A stretch of DNA of 64,000 nucleotides from Carcharhinus amblyrhynchos (Eukaryota): contig OZ336886.1 of NCBI GenBank assembly GCA_965287045.1, positions 5,518,001 to 5,582,000 on the forward strand, in the 5' to 3' direction. The position numbers were made by a program, and so were the translations under genes. Position 1 is the first letter of the stretch, and every line of letters begins with the position of its first letter. This document shows, piece after piece, positions 1-12,792 of this stretch. A model generated the notes under the pieces. That model made no database searches and was not told where the DNA came from. It saw only the letters and a program-made list of their open reading frames with translations.

Positions 1-434
1 TCGATATCTCTTTGTAATTCCAGGTGTAGTTCCACCAAAGCCCTGTATTATTGCAGCAAAACGTCTTTGTTTCTGTACTCAAATCCACTCACCAACATAT
101 GAATTGCCGCCTTTACCACCTGCATGCTTACCTTGAGTGACTGCTGTACATCCAGGTTTTGTGCACATTCCCCCTCTCATCTGCTTCCCTGTTTTTGCTA
201 CTAAAGTGGATAATTGAATCAGCCATATATTTGCCCATTCATTCAAGTTGTCCAAATCACACTGAAGCATCTCTGCATCTTCCTCATAGATCAACTGGAC
301 CACGTTGAATGAAGTGAGTTTTTAAATGACACATTAAGTTCAAATTACAATAAAGATCCTCAGTGGCCCTGTTGTGCCACCTACAAATTTAGAGATATTA
401 CATTTAGTTCTCTCATCTAAATGATGAAAATATC

Positions 435-563
435 AGGCAGGGTTTTACGGCCTGACTCGTCGCAAAACCGTAAAATCCTGCCTAAGGTCAATGGACCTTC
501 CTGTGCACTGCACTTTATCCGCTCCGGCTCCTGTCTCAGGTGGGCTGGTAAAATTCCTACCAT
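435..563. mobile_element. Short MITE-like palindromic repeat
   Basis: aggcagggttttacgg (435-450) pairs with ccgtaaaatcctgcct (468-483), one mismatch; the end ggtaaaattcctacc is also inverted to the start; interrupts the CR1. Confidence 0.55.
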
Positions 564-1579
564 ATTGTGAATAACTGGGATCCCAGCACTGATCCTTGCA
601 GTAACCCACTTGTCACTGGTTGTCATGTGCAAAAAGACCTGTTTATTCATACTGATTCCTGTCTGCCCATCAGTTTTCTATCCATCTTAATCCGCTCCCC
701 CAATTCCACGTGCTTTAATTTTACACACTAATTTCTTATATGGGACTTGTCAAAAGCCCTCAGAGTACAAATAAACCACACCCACCGGCCTTCCCTCATC
801 GACTCTACTAGTTATATTCTTGAAGGATTCCAGCAGATTTGTCAAGCATGATTTTCCTTTTGTAAATCTATGCTGACCCTGTCTAATTCCACCACTTTTC
901 CAAGTGCTTGCTATTAAATCTTTTATAATGCAGTAGTATTTTCCCCACTACCGATGTCAGGCTGACTGGTCTCTAATTCCGTTTTCTCTCTACTTCTCTT
1001 TTTAAATAGTGAAGTTTCATTAGTTGCAATCTGTAGGAACTCTTGCAGAGTCTATAGAATCTTGGAAGATCACTACCATTGCATCCACTATTTCTCAGGC
1101 CACTTCCTTAAATACACTGGGATGTAGACTATCATGACCTGGGCATCTATCAGCCTTCAGTCCCGTGAATTTCTCCAACACCATTTCCCTACTGATACTA
1201 CTTTTCTTCAGTTTCTCCCTGTCACTAAACACAGTGTCATCCAATATTTCTGGTATGTTATCTGTGCTCTCCATTATGAAGACAGAACCAAACTACGTGT
1301 TTAGTTGTTCAGTCATTTTTTTGTTCTGCATTATAAATTCCCCTGTTTTTGACAATAAAGGACCTACATTTGTCTTCACCTATTTCTGTTCCTATAGCTA
1401 TAGAAAATTTTACAGTCAAGTTTTTATGTTTGCCGCAAACTTATTCTTGCGCCATATTTTTCCCTTCTTAATCAATCCTTTATCCTTCTCTGCTGAATTC
1501 TAAACACTCAATCCTCTGGTTTTGTTGTTTTTTCTGGCCAATTTGTATGCCTCTTCCTTCACTCTCATACTATCTCCAT

Positions 1580-1735
1580 ACCAAAATCCTGCTGCTGTTT
1601 ATGCTGACAGGATTTTATGATCTTGTTGACGGTGCACCCCTGCTATAGGTTTCCCAGTGGTGAGCACTGCATTTAATGGGAAATCTGTTGACCATGGCGT
1701 GACACACCGCAGAAGAGCAGAAAATCTCATCCCTG
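1580..1735. mobile_element. MITE-like repeat related to 435-563 and 62292-62458
   Basis: aaaatcctg...caggatttt hairpin, atgggaaat core, gaaaatctcatccc end; interrupts the CR1. Confidence 0.45.
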
Positions 1736-3389
1736 ATTTCCCTCGCAAGCCATGGTTTGGCTATCTTTTCCATTTTACTTTGCGCCACGCAGAAATAAAT
1801 AGTTGTTGCAGTTCACTCAAGTGCTGTTTGAATGTTTGCCATTGCCTGTGCTCTTTCATCCCTTTTACATAACATTCCCGAATCCATCATAGCCAACTTG
1901 CACCTCATAGCATTGTAGTTTCCTTTATTAAGATTCAGGACTCTATTTTCAGAATCAACTGTCACTCCCCATCTTAATGAAGGTCGCTCATCCCCCAAGA
2001 GACCTCGCACAACTAAATTGCCAATTATTTCTTATTACACAACACCAAGTCTAGGATGGTCTATTCTCTTAATAGTTCCTCAACATATTGGTCCAGAAAA
2101 CAAACCATTTTTGTCATAATGGAGAACTATGGTGTTCCACAAATATAAAATTAGCTCTTCAGGGCCACTGAGGATCTCTATTGTAATTTGAACTTAACAT
2201 GTCACTGAAAAACTCTCGCTTCGTTCAACGTGGTCCAGTTGTTTCAACAGTTTTCACAAAGAGGCAACATAAAATTTACGTTAGTTTGAATCAAATTGCT
2301 GATTGCTTAGGAATTGCATCCTGGACAACAGCACATTGTCTGGAGGAATATGGAACTACCAGAAGCAATTTCTGGACGCCTGTGTTTAACTGCACATATG
2401 CAGACTCTCAAAGTTTCTTTCCATTTTAGTGGACAAACCATGGCGAATGCTGATGGTTTTGCTGTTCTTAACGCCACATGTTTGGGTTGGTGGTTTTTGT
2501 GTTCTTTGGCTTTATGTTTGAGTCACCTGCCCAAGACAACTGGTCCAATTTGAAAACATTTTGTGTAAGGTTAGTCAAAGATTTCAACTTGACTTAAATG
2601 TCTCCAGAGCATAAACTTTGAGTTTTATTTGTTTGCTTATTTTCCTGCGGTTGGTTGCCTCTTTCACAAGAGTGGATTGTTTAAATGCATAATAAAAGTG
2701 CAGTCACACTTAAATGCTCAGTTTTCTATCCGAAAATAAGGCAGGTTAAGATGTTACTGATATTGAAAGTCCAGTGAAATCGGACTCTCCCAATGACATA
2801 ACAAGCTTATTTATTGAATTGCTCGGATGTACTGGCTTGGAATCTCGGTGTTCAACCCTTTTGATTTGAGTGAGGTCTGACAATTGGACTCTGCTCAGTA
2901 AGTGGAAAATTGCCCAGGTTTTGAACATACACCACTGAAAATATTTGTGCGTAGATATTAATGGTGAAGTACATAATTGTTTAAGGTCTGTTGCCAGACT
3001 CTGAAGCCAGTCATACACAAGATAGAAATGGGACACATGGAAATTAAATGATGGAAATCCTATAGATTTTGATGAGAAAGTTGCTTGAGGCCGTAAGATA
3101 TTATTCTGTAGTAGTTCAAAAGGTGACTCAGCAGCACCTTCTGTGGGGCGCTTAGGGCTGGGCAATAAATGCTGGTGTTGCCAGTGATGTGCACATCATG
3201 AACTAATGAAAATACATTATTACTGTCATTCCTTGTATTTCTACATGCATATTGATGATGCTGATACGGTTGGTGCAGGCTGTGTCATAAAATTTGTATA
3301 AACTAAAATCTGCATCCAGAACTAAAGAATAAAGCTGGACACTTCAGCAAACCCACAAAACAAGCTAGTGAATTAATTAACTAAATTAA

Positions 3390-3665
3390 GTCTTGCATTT
3401 ATACAGCCTTTTATAAGTGTAATATCCTAAAGTGCTTCACAACCACTTAAGTATATTTTTAAGTGTGGGAACGGGAATCAAACTCATCACCTTTGCAAAC
3501 CTATTCCCAGTTTTGTTTCAGTGTTGGCAATTCCACAAGTATGCTGATGGAAAAGGAGCAGCCACATAATGTGTTTAAAGTGAGAAATGTTCTGTTGATT
3601 TTGTTCAGGCCATGTGAGGAGGGTAAAAATGACTCCCCTGATGTAGCACTGCAAATCTGATTGTA
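3390..3665 (-). mobile_element. DeuSINE (SacSINE1-like) fragment
   Basis: Reverse complement of the tail seen at 41990-42058 (cttgcatttata..gcctttt..aaagtgcttcacaacca). Confidence 0.55.
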
Positions 3666-3679
3666 ACAGACCTTTTGTG

Positions 3680-3905
3680 AATTTAGCGAGGACATGCTTT
3701 GCAATACACTCAGAAGGTGGTGAGTGAGTGGAATCGGCTGCTGTTGGTGATGGTAGAGGCAAACTCGTTGGGGCCTTTTGGATGAGTACATGGGATTTAA
3801 TGGGATTGAGAGTTATAGATAGGCCTGGCAGGTATGGATATGATCGGCGCAACTTGTGGGCCGAAGGGCCTGTTTGTGCTGCAGTGTTCTTTGTTCTATG
3901 TTCTA
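3680..3905 (+). mobile_element. CR1 LINE 3' end fragment
   Basis: cagaaggtggtgagtgagtggaa...gggccgaagggcctgtttgtgctg...ttctatgttcta tail. Confidence 0.7.
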
Positions 3906-4039
3906 ATACTACAGGAGTCTCACTATGTATGTTTTCAAGTCATGAAGAATCAGCCAGACTGGTTTTCTGAGTTTAAAGAAAGAACAAAACGTTTATTCAA
4001 TTGAAAGAAAAACTAGGTAAATTGCAACCACCAGTTGCA

Positions 4040-4270
4040 ATCATTGAATCCCTAGAGTGCAGAAGGAGACCATTCAGCCCATCAAATCCACACCGACCAC
4101 AATCCCACCCAGCCCATAGATCCACTTGTTTACCCTGATAGTCCCCTGACGTTAAGTGTCAAGTTAGCATGGCCAATCCATCTAACCCGCACATCTTTGG
4201 GCTGTGGGAGGAAACCGGAGCACCTGGAGGAAACCCATGCAGACACAAGGAGAATGTGCAAACTCCACAT
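4040..4270 (-). mobile_element. HE1-type V-SINE, 5'-truncated
   Basis: V-domain reverse complement tgtgggaggaaaccggagcacctggaggaaacccatgcagacac plus CR1-like tail. Confidence 0.8.
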
Positions 4271-4419
4271 TCCTTGGCTCCATGCACACACACGAGTGCA
4301 GATGGTAGAATAAGAGGTAGGTTAAAGGTGTTTTATACTTTGTGAGAAGTATAATCAAAGAAATATATGATTAACTGCCCTGTGGCTGAACTTGATGTGG
4401 TGACTCCATGTTGTGCCAT

Positions 4420-4730
4420 TTTGTCCAGCTGCCTATATCCCATATACCTTTTTCACCATCATGAACATGCCCTTCCACTTTGAGGTCAAGAACAAACGCG
4501 CCAAGGTTCTTTGTTCCTCAGAATTTGCTAGTATCATGCCGTTCATTAATTACTTCCTTGTCAAATTGCTACTTCCAAAGTACATCACTTCCCAATTTTC
4601 AGGGTTGAATTTGCTCTGCTGTTTATCTACCTATTTGACCATCCTGTCTATCTATATCTTGTAGTCCAAGATACTCAACCTCGCTGTTAACCGCCCGGTC
4701 AATCTTTGTGTAATCCGCAAACTTACTGAT
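4420..4730 (-). mobile_element. CR1 RT fragment
   Basis: atccgcaaactta encodes KFAD on the minus strand; atcacttcccaattttcagggttgaa resembles FNPEK.EV. Confidence 0.65.
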
Positions 4731-4989
4731 TAGTTAATAATGTCATCCTTATAATAATGTCAATAAAATAACAACAGATAATCGTGAAGAAAATTTGTGA
4801 AGAAGTGAAACTTACTGGCCTGTCAAGCTGCAACATGAATCCTCATTTGTGGCCACAGCCATCTTTTATTCTTCTATAATGATGTGAGGCTCTGTCAACC
4901 CTTATTAACTGGACATTTTGACACAGATGTCAACTAGAATTTAAAACTGAATCTTCATTCTGCAGAACTCACCAGGACTGTTTTAAGTG

Positions 4990-5860
4990 AGTCATAGATT
5001 TATTTACAGCATGGAAGGAAGCTATTTGACCCATTGACTCTATGCTGGCACTTCATGCAGCAATGCAGTCAGTCCTGTACTGCAAGTTTATTTCAAATGG
5101 CTACCCAATTACCTTTTGAAATTGATCTTCATCTCTGCCACCATCACTCATGTGCACAACAAGATCAGGTTGTGGTGACTTGAGGTGACAAATAAGGTTG
5201 TTGAATGTGTGATTTAAAAGAAGGAACCTCTTGTATAAATAAACCAAGGTTAACAGTAACTCAGCATAACAGTAATAACTATGAAAACAGAAGCACCAGT
5301 AAAACAGGTCATGTTTACAGGTCACCCTCTTGCAGACTGAAAAGCTCCCCAACAGATGCCAGTAAGACAATTACATAGGCTTATCAGAACACTCCATTCA
5401 AAATTACACTTTATGACATAGATCATTACCACTAGTTACGCAAAAGGTTCTTCCTCACATTCCTGGGTATATCTTGCCCAAAACCTAAAATCTGTCCTCT
5501 GGCCCTTGTACCACCAACTAATGGAATGAAATTTTCTTTTACTATCTTACACACATCTGTCAGTATCTGTAGCCCTGCATCAAATCTCCCCTCAATTTCA
5601 GGCAGAGCAACCTCAGCTTTTCCAACCTAAAGTTGCAACAAAAATCCCCTGTCCCTGAAATAACCTCTTCAGCACTTTCGCGAAGACCCTCACCTCCTTC
5701 CTGAAGCATGTGGGGCCAGAATTGGACACAATGCTCAGGTTAACAAAGAACAACCCAGCACGGGAAACAGGCCCTTTGGCCCAACGAGCCCGTGCCGCTG
5801 CATCCGCAGGTTGTGGAGTAACCAGAGTTTTATATGGGTTTTGTGGGATTTGAACACTGC
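4990..5860 (-). mobile_element. CR1 3' region fragment with internal inserts
   Basis: 3' tail at ~4990, ccagaattggacaca (VQFW) at ~5716, accagagttttata at ~5821. Confidence 0.55.
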
Positions 5861-8499
5861 ACCTTTGAATCACAGGCAGGGATGCTACTACAAAACTAGA
5901 TTTTTTTTCCTTGAAAAAAGTTAATCATTGCTTTTAATTTGATTCATTACTTTCAGACCAAAACAGCCTAACTGTCACAAATGGAAACTATCACCTTATC
6001 TTGAAACTTATCTGCCTCAAACTTGTTCGCAACCAACAGTTGAATGAAATAATGTCCAGTTCTGACCGGCTGTGGTTCAGCTGACCAATTGATTATGCCA
6101 GTAAATCTGGTTCATACAGCCGTCAACTCAATTTGATTTGATTGGTTCTGACAGGCTCTATTTCCACCCACCAGCAAAAATGATGTGATAGGTTGATGCT
6201 GATAGCTTCCAATGCCATTGTGTTTGGGGGTGGGGTGGGGGAGACGGCTGCTTCATGTGAAATGCAGATGGCCGGTATATATGAATTTCTCAGTTTCTTT
6301 TTAATCTGAGTCATCTCGCCCTTTATCCAGAAACTGTAATATTTGTGCTTCTTAATTTAAATCAGTAAAACTAAGACACCATCAAAATGCTGATCAGAGC
6401 TGTAGTTCTGTATGTTGTATTTGGCTCATTGTAGGAATAAATAGATTTTATTGGGTAATTTGTTCTCCCTGAAAGTGTTTTTAACCTTTTAAATACCAGT
6501 TAGCCATCTATGGTGTCAGGATTGCATTGTGCTTTACACATTTCTGATAGTTTCCCGTGGTGAAAGTACAACTCTTCAGAGTACTAATTTTTTACTGCGG
6601 TGAATGTCTGTGGTTAATCATTTACTGAAGTAAAGAGGTTGACCTTAGCTAACCTTAGATTGTACGTGATTCATTTTGGCAAAGAGCTTTCTTCTCTGAC
6701 AAAGGCTGCTGTGATCAGTCATTGCCTGGATATCCTGTGAGGCTATGGTATTCAATGGCTTGTTAATTTAAAAACAAGCTCATGTTTAGTTAAATATGGT
6801 TGTGCTATTTGTTGCAGAACATTGAACTTAATATGACAAATGAAAGATGGTGTTTGTGTTGTGTACATATATCTAATAATTACAATAGCTGGATTTGATC
6901 AAAGATCAGAACCTTCATAATTTTAGCTTATGGTTTCATGGAACAATACTTAATAATAATTGGCTCCTATGAACAGCAACATGGTGAAGTATTGCATTTT
7001 GGAAAGGCCATTTCCTTTTGAGATTGAATATCTGCCACTTGGATGTTCTCAGCTAACTGTGAATATCATCATGAACATGCTTCCAAGAAAAAGCAACTAT
7101 TACTAAGGATTGTTTTTGTAGTCCGATTCCACCAATACATTTGTAGCTAGTTTCTAATATTGGTGAAGTGAGTGGGACTGCTTGGTCAACTAAATCCATA
7201 CGTCTGTTCAAAACAATTTCAGATGAATGCTTGGCCAGTGTGCAGGTAATTTAAGTTCATATAACCAGAGATACACAAACCAGTATTCAATAAGCTTCGC
7301 TTGTTCAAGTTTCATTTTTCTTTCGAACTTGTAAAGCTCTACTTATCCAAATTGGTAATGCATAAAGTAAATATGCAGATAGACGTATATGTACAAGATT
7401 ATTGCACACAACATGCATTGCTAGCCTACATCATCACTTCCTGCATCAGTTATGTAAATTTTTCACAGTTGAAATTGCCTAAGCCTATCTTGATCATTGG
7501 AAAGCCCTATCTCAACACGCAAGTGTTTTATAATAGGAAGAGCATGTGTAAACACTGCCAAAGTTGGTTGATGAACTAGTCAAATCAAATTAATCAGCAT
7601 GCTATCTGCCAAAAAAGTTCTACTCTCAACGGTGTTCAAAGTGATGTTTTAAACAACAAAAGTTATTTCACAAAATTATTAAATTAGTATCTTTTGAATT
7701 GTCTTCTGTGTCATTTAATATCTTTATAAAAGTTTTTGAATGAAAACTTCAACTTCTCCCCAGTATTTGGTTTGCACTTGCATTTCTACCCAATTATACC
7801 CTGTCAGATGGACTTATCCCATATCACATTCTCAAAGAAGAGTAAGGGAGTTGACATTGGTGACCTTGTCATTATTTATCCCTTAATTAACATTGATATG
7901 GAGTGGCAGCTTAAATATGCATGCAAATGGACTCAAGTTATAGAGGCATGGTTACATATAAATTATTATTAAAGAAGAAATAGGAGATAAGAGGAAGGAA
8001 TCCAGGATCAAGATTAAATTTTGTGCTTCTGCTGGACATATTTTTGGTAAATCAGGATGGGTGGCAAACCCACCACCTTCCTGCCTGCTTCAGCTGACCC
8101 CCATTATATGCCAGATAGCAGGTACCAAGAATGGAACCCACTTCTCTACATTGCACACCACTTGGAAAAAGTGCTGAAAATGGCCAGGTGATATAATGTA
8201 CTCTGGGTGCAGGGCTTCCATATTCATTACCAGGAGTGGCTTGGCCATACTAATGGGTACGAAAGGACAGCAGGTGGTGAGGAAACAAACAAGAGGGACA
8301 AACATAATTGATCTAATTTTCATAAATATTCCCACTCTCAATGATGGGGGAGCCCTGCACATCAGTGCAAAATATAAGGCTAAAATATTTGCTGAAGTCT
8401 TCAGCCAGAAATGCTGAGCAGATGATCCAACTATGCCTCCTCCAGCTCTACAGTTCTGTTGTTTGTATTCCACTAATTCTGTCTGCATATAATGCATCA

Positions 8500-8735
8500 C
8501 TGATTTTAATTGCTGTACCATTGGTGGCCATACCTGCCAATGTCCTAAGTTCTGGAGCCCCCTCTCTGCCTCTTTACCCATCTTTCCTCCTTTAAGACAC
8601 TCCTTAAAACTTGCCCTTTGGATCAAACTTTGATTATCTGCCCTAATGTCATCTTACGTGCCTTGCTATCAATGTTTTTTGGTCCTCTCCTTGAAGTGCT
8701 CCGAGACCTTTTAATAATTTTAAAGGTGCTAGATC
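8500..8735 (+). mobile_element. L2-clade LINE 3' end relic
   Basis: tcctttaagacactccttaaaact..ctttggatcaa...aaaggtgcta tail shared with the DeuSINEs in this window. Confidence 0.5.
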
Positions 8736-9324
8736 GATGCACATTGTTTGCATTTCAAAACTAAATTCTAGGAACTAGCTTGCCATTTATAAAATTGCAC
8801 TGTGAGCAGTAGGCAATGAAGGCTTGCTCCAATCCTATCCCCCCTCTTTTCTCTGCTGTCAGTCCTTTCTACTATTGTGGACCAAATTTAATTCCTTCTG
8901 CCTGTTCTCTGAGACTTTCGTTGGATCCCAGTACACACAAGTTCAAAGCCCAGATATTGACCTTTCCTTTTTTTTCCCCTCGTACTGCATCTTTACCCAC
9001 GACATATTCCATTAACTGATGCCCCACATTCACCACAGAAAATATCTGTAGTTTGGAGCCCCAGTCCCCAAGTCACAATCTGTGTGGAGACCTCGCTGAT
9101 GACTTGCAGAGCTGTTTGGATCCCCTGTACCAAACCTTTACTTATCATTCACTGCCTGGCCACAAGCCTAGAGTTTGTGTGCTACCTTGTTCCTTGTCCT
9201 TTCTCTCTTTCTTTTGTCATGTGATCTTTTGCCCCATAACCAGTACCATGCCAAGACCCATCTGGAAAGCAAAGAACAAGATGAGCAGAAAATGTGATAG
9301 AGGAATGAGAGACATGGATATGAG

Positions 9325-9642
9325 TGGAGGCACAGTGGTTAGCACTGTGCCAGGAACCTGGGTTCAATTCTGGCGTTGGTTGACTGTGTGGAGCTTGCAT
9401 GTTTTCTGTGTCTTTGTGAGTTTCCTCCAGTGCTTCGGTATCCTCCCACACTCCAGAGATATGCACATTAGGTTGATTGGTCATGCTAAATTGCCCTGAG
9501 TCCCCCAAGGTGTTCTGGTTAGGGTTATTATTGGGGTGATTACAGGGATAGAATGGGGATTGTGGCTAAGATGCTCTGCTGGGGAGTCGGTGCAGAATTG
9601 ATGGGTTGAATGACCTGCTTTTGCACTGTAGGGATTCTATGA
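9325..9642 (+). mobile_element. HE1-type V-SINE
   Basis: tRNA head (ggcacagtggttagcactg A box; gggttcaattc B box), V-domain, tail gcactgtagggattctatg. Confidence 0.85.
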
Positions 9643-9879
9643 ATGTATCCTTGACTGACTGAGAGCATCATCATGGGGTATTTAGTAATGGTTTTTTGAA
9701 AACCTTGTCATTGTGCACATTTTTCATTATGACTTCCTCTATCAAATTTATACACTGCTTCATTGTGTAGCAATATAATACATTAAGTAACTGCTGTGCT
9801 GTGAAACACTCAACAAGCAAATCAATTCATATTTATAAATACTTTTCAGCACTGAATGAATAACATTCCCAGATCAAAA

Positions 9880-10290
9880 CACAGGGCTGCCATCGTGCAA
9901 GATCCCTCCACAGAGTGGCCTGTGGCCATGGCCATCTTGCACTTGCAGCCAGGGAGGTGATGAGATTACAAGAAAAATACTTGAATTGAATAATTGAATT
10001 GACTGCCACTGGGAGGCTGCCTTCATTCGTTGGCTGGGACTCTGCTTCACCATAATTACCAACTGGAGGTTTCCAGTATGTGTTTGCACACTGGCCTTAA
10101 TATGCCCATTAAGGGACTTAATTGGCTGTATGGTACTTGCGTGCAGGTAGCTGTCATCCCAAACTGTAATATTTAAAAATGGCTTAAGTAAGAACGTGCC
10201 AGCAAACTGGCATGCTGGCCAATGGTGGGAAATTGTGGCCCATCCATTTCTAGTCCCCACCTCCCCCACTGTTTAAAAATTGGAGCCATA
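9880..10290. repeat. Degenerate interspersed repeat, probably a non-autonomous DNA element
   Basis: GC-richer island with ggccttaat..attaaggg..ttaattggc inverted motifs, ending taaaaattggagcc. Confidence 0.3.
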
Positions 10291-10472
10291 ATGTCACATC
10301 TAGCTAGTTCCAAGCTGTAATCTGGTTACCTGACTTAATGATTGGTCTTTTGGTCTAGTCTGCTAGTCCTTCCTGATCATGATGTGGATGTGCTGGCGTT
10401 GGACTGGGGTAAACACAGTAAAAAGTCTGACAACACCAGGTTTTAGTCCAACCGATTTATTTGATAGTAAAC

Positions 10473-10510
10473 TCACAAGCTTTCGAGGGGACTCCCTCTT
10501 CGTCAGGTGA
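10473..10510 (-). ncRNA. Minimal type I hammerhead ribozyme motif
   Basis: Minus strand reads UCAC-CUGACGA-A-GAGGG-AGUC-CCCUC-GAAA-GCUU-GUGA: catalytic boxes, 5-bp stem II, stem I UCAC/GUGA, palindromic AAGCUU at stem III. Confidence 0.7.
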
Positions 10511-10677
10511 ATGGAGAGTTCTGGCCTCGGACAAAGCGTATAAAGCGCAGACAGTTTAGAGATTACTGATTAGAATGCGACTTGAACAGCAGGTTAGGTG
10601 TTAAGATTTGCATTCTAATCAGTAATCTCTAAACTGTGTGTGCTTTATATGCTCTGTCCAAGGCCAGAACTCTCCAT

Positions 10678-10715
10678 TCACCTGACGAAGAGGGAGTCCC
10701 CTCGAAAGCTTCTGA
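10678..10715 (+). ncRNA. Minimal type I hammerhead ribozyme motif (stem I mismatch)
   Basis: UCAC-CUGACGA-A-GAGGG-AGUC-CCCUC-GAAA-GCUU-CUGA; a G>C change relative to the other arm breaks one stem I pair. Confidence 0.6.
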
Positions 10716-10899
10716 GTTTACTATCAAATAAATCGGTTGGACAAAACCTGGTGTTGTCAGACTTTTTACAGTCCTTCCTGATGCCAGCTGCTTTCTTTCT
10801 CCTAAGCTTCTGATTTACCTATGGCAGTGTACTGGCTATGTTAAATCACCATTTTTAGTTATACTTTTGCAGTCATTTGAGCTGATTGGTTGCAGTTGT

Positions 10900-11350
10900 T
10901 TCATCTGTGTGAAGAAGGGTTTGGGGCAAGAGAACAAAATATAAATGAGGGAGATGCTGTGTGGAGCTTGTTAAGAGTAGTGAAGGATGAAGATGAGAAC
11001 AAGAGATTAGAAAAGTTGATCATGGTTGAAGGTAATTCCTGGAGAGAGATGTGTGAATGAATGTTGGTGACATAGAGATAAGTGAAGAAGAGGGAGAAAT
11101 CAGTGAGAAGTATGGAAAAAGATAATTCAGTAGAGAGAGATGGGGCAGAAAGCAAAGTGATATCAAATGGAGAGTGCCTGATGTTATGGAGGGTGAGATC
11201 AGTGATCAAGAGGTGGACTGATTGTGTGTGACGTGAGAGAATAGAAGGATTTGGGTCTTGGATGTTAATTGCATCAATTAAGTGCTCACAACTGGAGGGC
11301 ATTGATTGGATGGTTAGTTCAAAACAGAGACATTTACTGACATTGGAGTA
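10900..11350 (-). mobile_element. Old L2-like LINE relic
   Basis: Strong purine skew on + (gag/gga/gtga rich), typical of antisense L2 ORF2; no clean motif. Confidence 0.35.
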
Positions 11351-12792
11351 GAGTGGAGTCAGGTCGTTCTGTATTTCAATGTTGAGCTCTGAATAAATCT
11401 ATTCCTGGCTCTGGTTTCTTCCTTCCCCAAATGGCTATCAGGAGTATAGCATGTGAGAGACACCTCTGAAACTTCTCCTTAATATTCCAGCTTCCTTAAA
11501 CTGGCTTTTCTGAGATCTGAAAATCTCCCATGTTATGTGACCCTGAAATTATCCTCTGTCACTTCTCTTCCAGTCCCTGTCTACATAATCCTGAAAATCC
11601 AGACCTTTCCTATCTTTGCATTCATTGTCCCTGCCTATCATCGCTGCTCCAAGGTATTATTTCATTTCTACTTTCTTGTACCGCTTTTTCCAGCTTTCAC
11701 CATAAGCATTTAAACCTTAACATCAATTGCCATTTAATCCTATCATCACTAATACATCATTTGTTTCTCTTACCCTAAACACATATTTCACTCCACCATT
11801 GTGTTAGAGGCGCTATGACCCACTCTACAATGCTTGGCATACCACTTTGGCGAAACAGTGCACCTGATGCCTTAGAATCCTTTAACACAATTCACACCTC
11901 CAATTGTTACTGAATCTCATCAATTCCTCTTCCAGCCCAATTTCCTACTCTTTAATGTACACCTCCAAGCCATGTAGAATTTGATTCCCATAAACACTTT
12001 TCAGAATAAAGAGAAAGAAACATAATTTCATGTTTCACTGTAAAGCAGCGATCTTGGAGAAATATTGTGCTTTATGATATACCTTCATTGCTATAAAAGA
12101 GTGCATCTTCCAGCACCATCGGAGATGTACTGACATGTAGAATCAAATTCATGCATATTGTGCACAACTGCATCCCGTCACATGCAATGTCGTAGCTCAG
12201 GCTTTGGACTATATGCAAAATATGCAGCATATTTGCATCTGATTGGCTGAAATTTCTGATTCATTATATGACAACTAACAGCTCAGAGACAAGAATAATC
12301 ATATTTAACATAAAGTGAAAAAAATCAGTTCCACTTTTTCTGAGGTGATGCTGGAAAATGTTTTAATTCAAATATTCAGGACAGTTGCTTGTATGTCGTG
12401 TTTGAGACAACTTTTAATTTCAATTTTTCTTTCACTTTTATAATACATTCTAAATGTCTAAGATCAGGATTAAAGCATCACATAATCACCACCTTTCAGG
12501 CACAGGGATGTTTAAAGCAAACTTATCCCATAATTATTCAATTTGTGGGAAGTAGAAAATTTTAAATAGTAGGAAAGTAGATTTACTATTTCTTCTGTTT
12601 CTTACTTTGTCTGCGCCTCTCCACCACCCTCACTACCTAGAGTTGATATTTGTAGGATTTCTAAGCGCAAGAACAAAGTAAACTCAAAACTTCCCTGTGT
12701 ATCTCTCAAATAGACACACACATCATGAGGTATCTTTTCTGACCTGATTGTGTAATTTTGACTGCTGTGGTGTACTCTGATATCCTATATAG

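Larger units (their letters stand above)
1..2100 (-). mobile_element. Decayed CR1-clade LINE (endonuclease to RT region), interrupted by small inserts
   Basis: Minus-strand remnants of CR1 ORF2 motifs: GFEYRNKDVLLQ..RALV (~30-85), KSCLTNL (~835-855), RPVSLTS (~950-970), LDLVLCN (~2035-2055); many stops. Confidence 0.85.
10378..10769. mobile_element. Palindromic non-coding Penelope-like element derivative with 13-bp TSD
   Basis: Inverted arms 10418-10578 and 10610-10769; direct repeat agtccttcctgat at 10365-10377 and 10770-10782; left part colinear with the PLE end at 63298-63500. Confidence 0.9.

Noticed and set aside
2746-3165. 139-aa ORF and nearby protein-like + strand frames at 2.3-2.9 kb
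   Set aside because: No recognisable homology and no convincing splice-site pair
8090-8626. 178-aa minus-strand ORF
   Set aside because: Crosses unrelated LINE fragments in antisense; no recognisable domain
9325-9400. tRNA genes at A/B-box motifs (also 14518, 20266, 34200, 41450, 63200)
   Set aside because: They are SINE heads followed by SINE bodies; no complete cloverleaf
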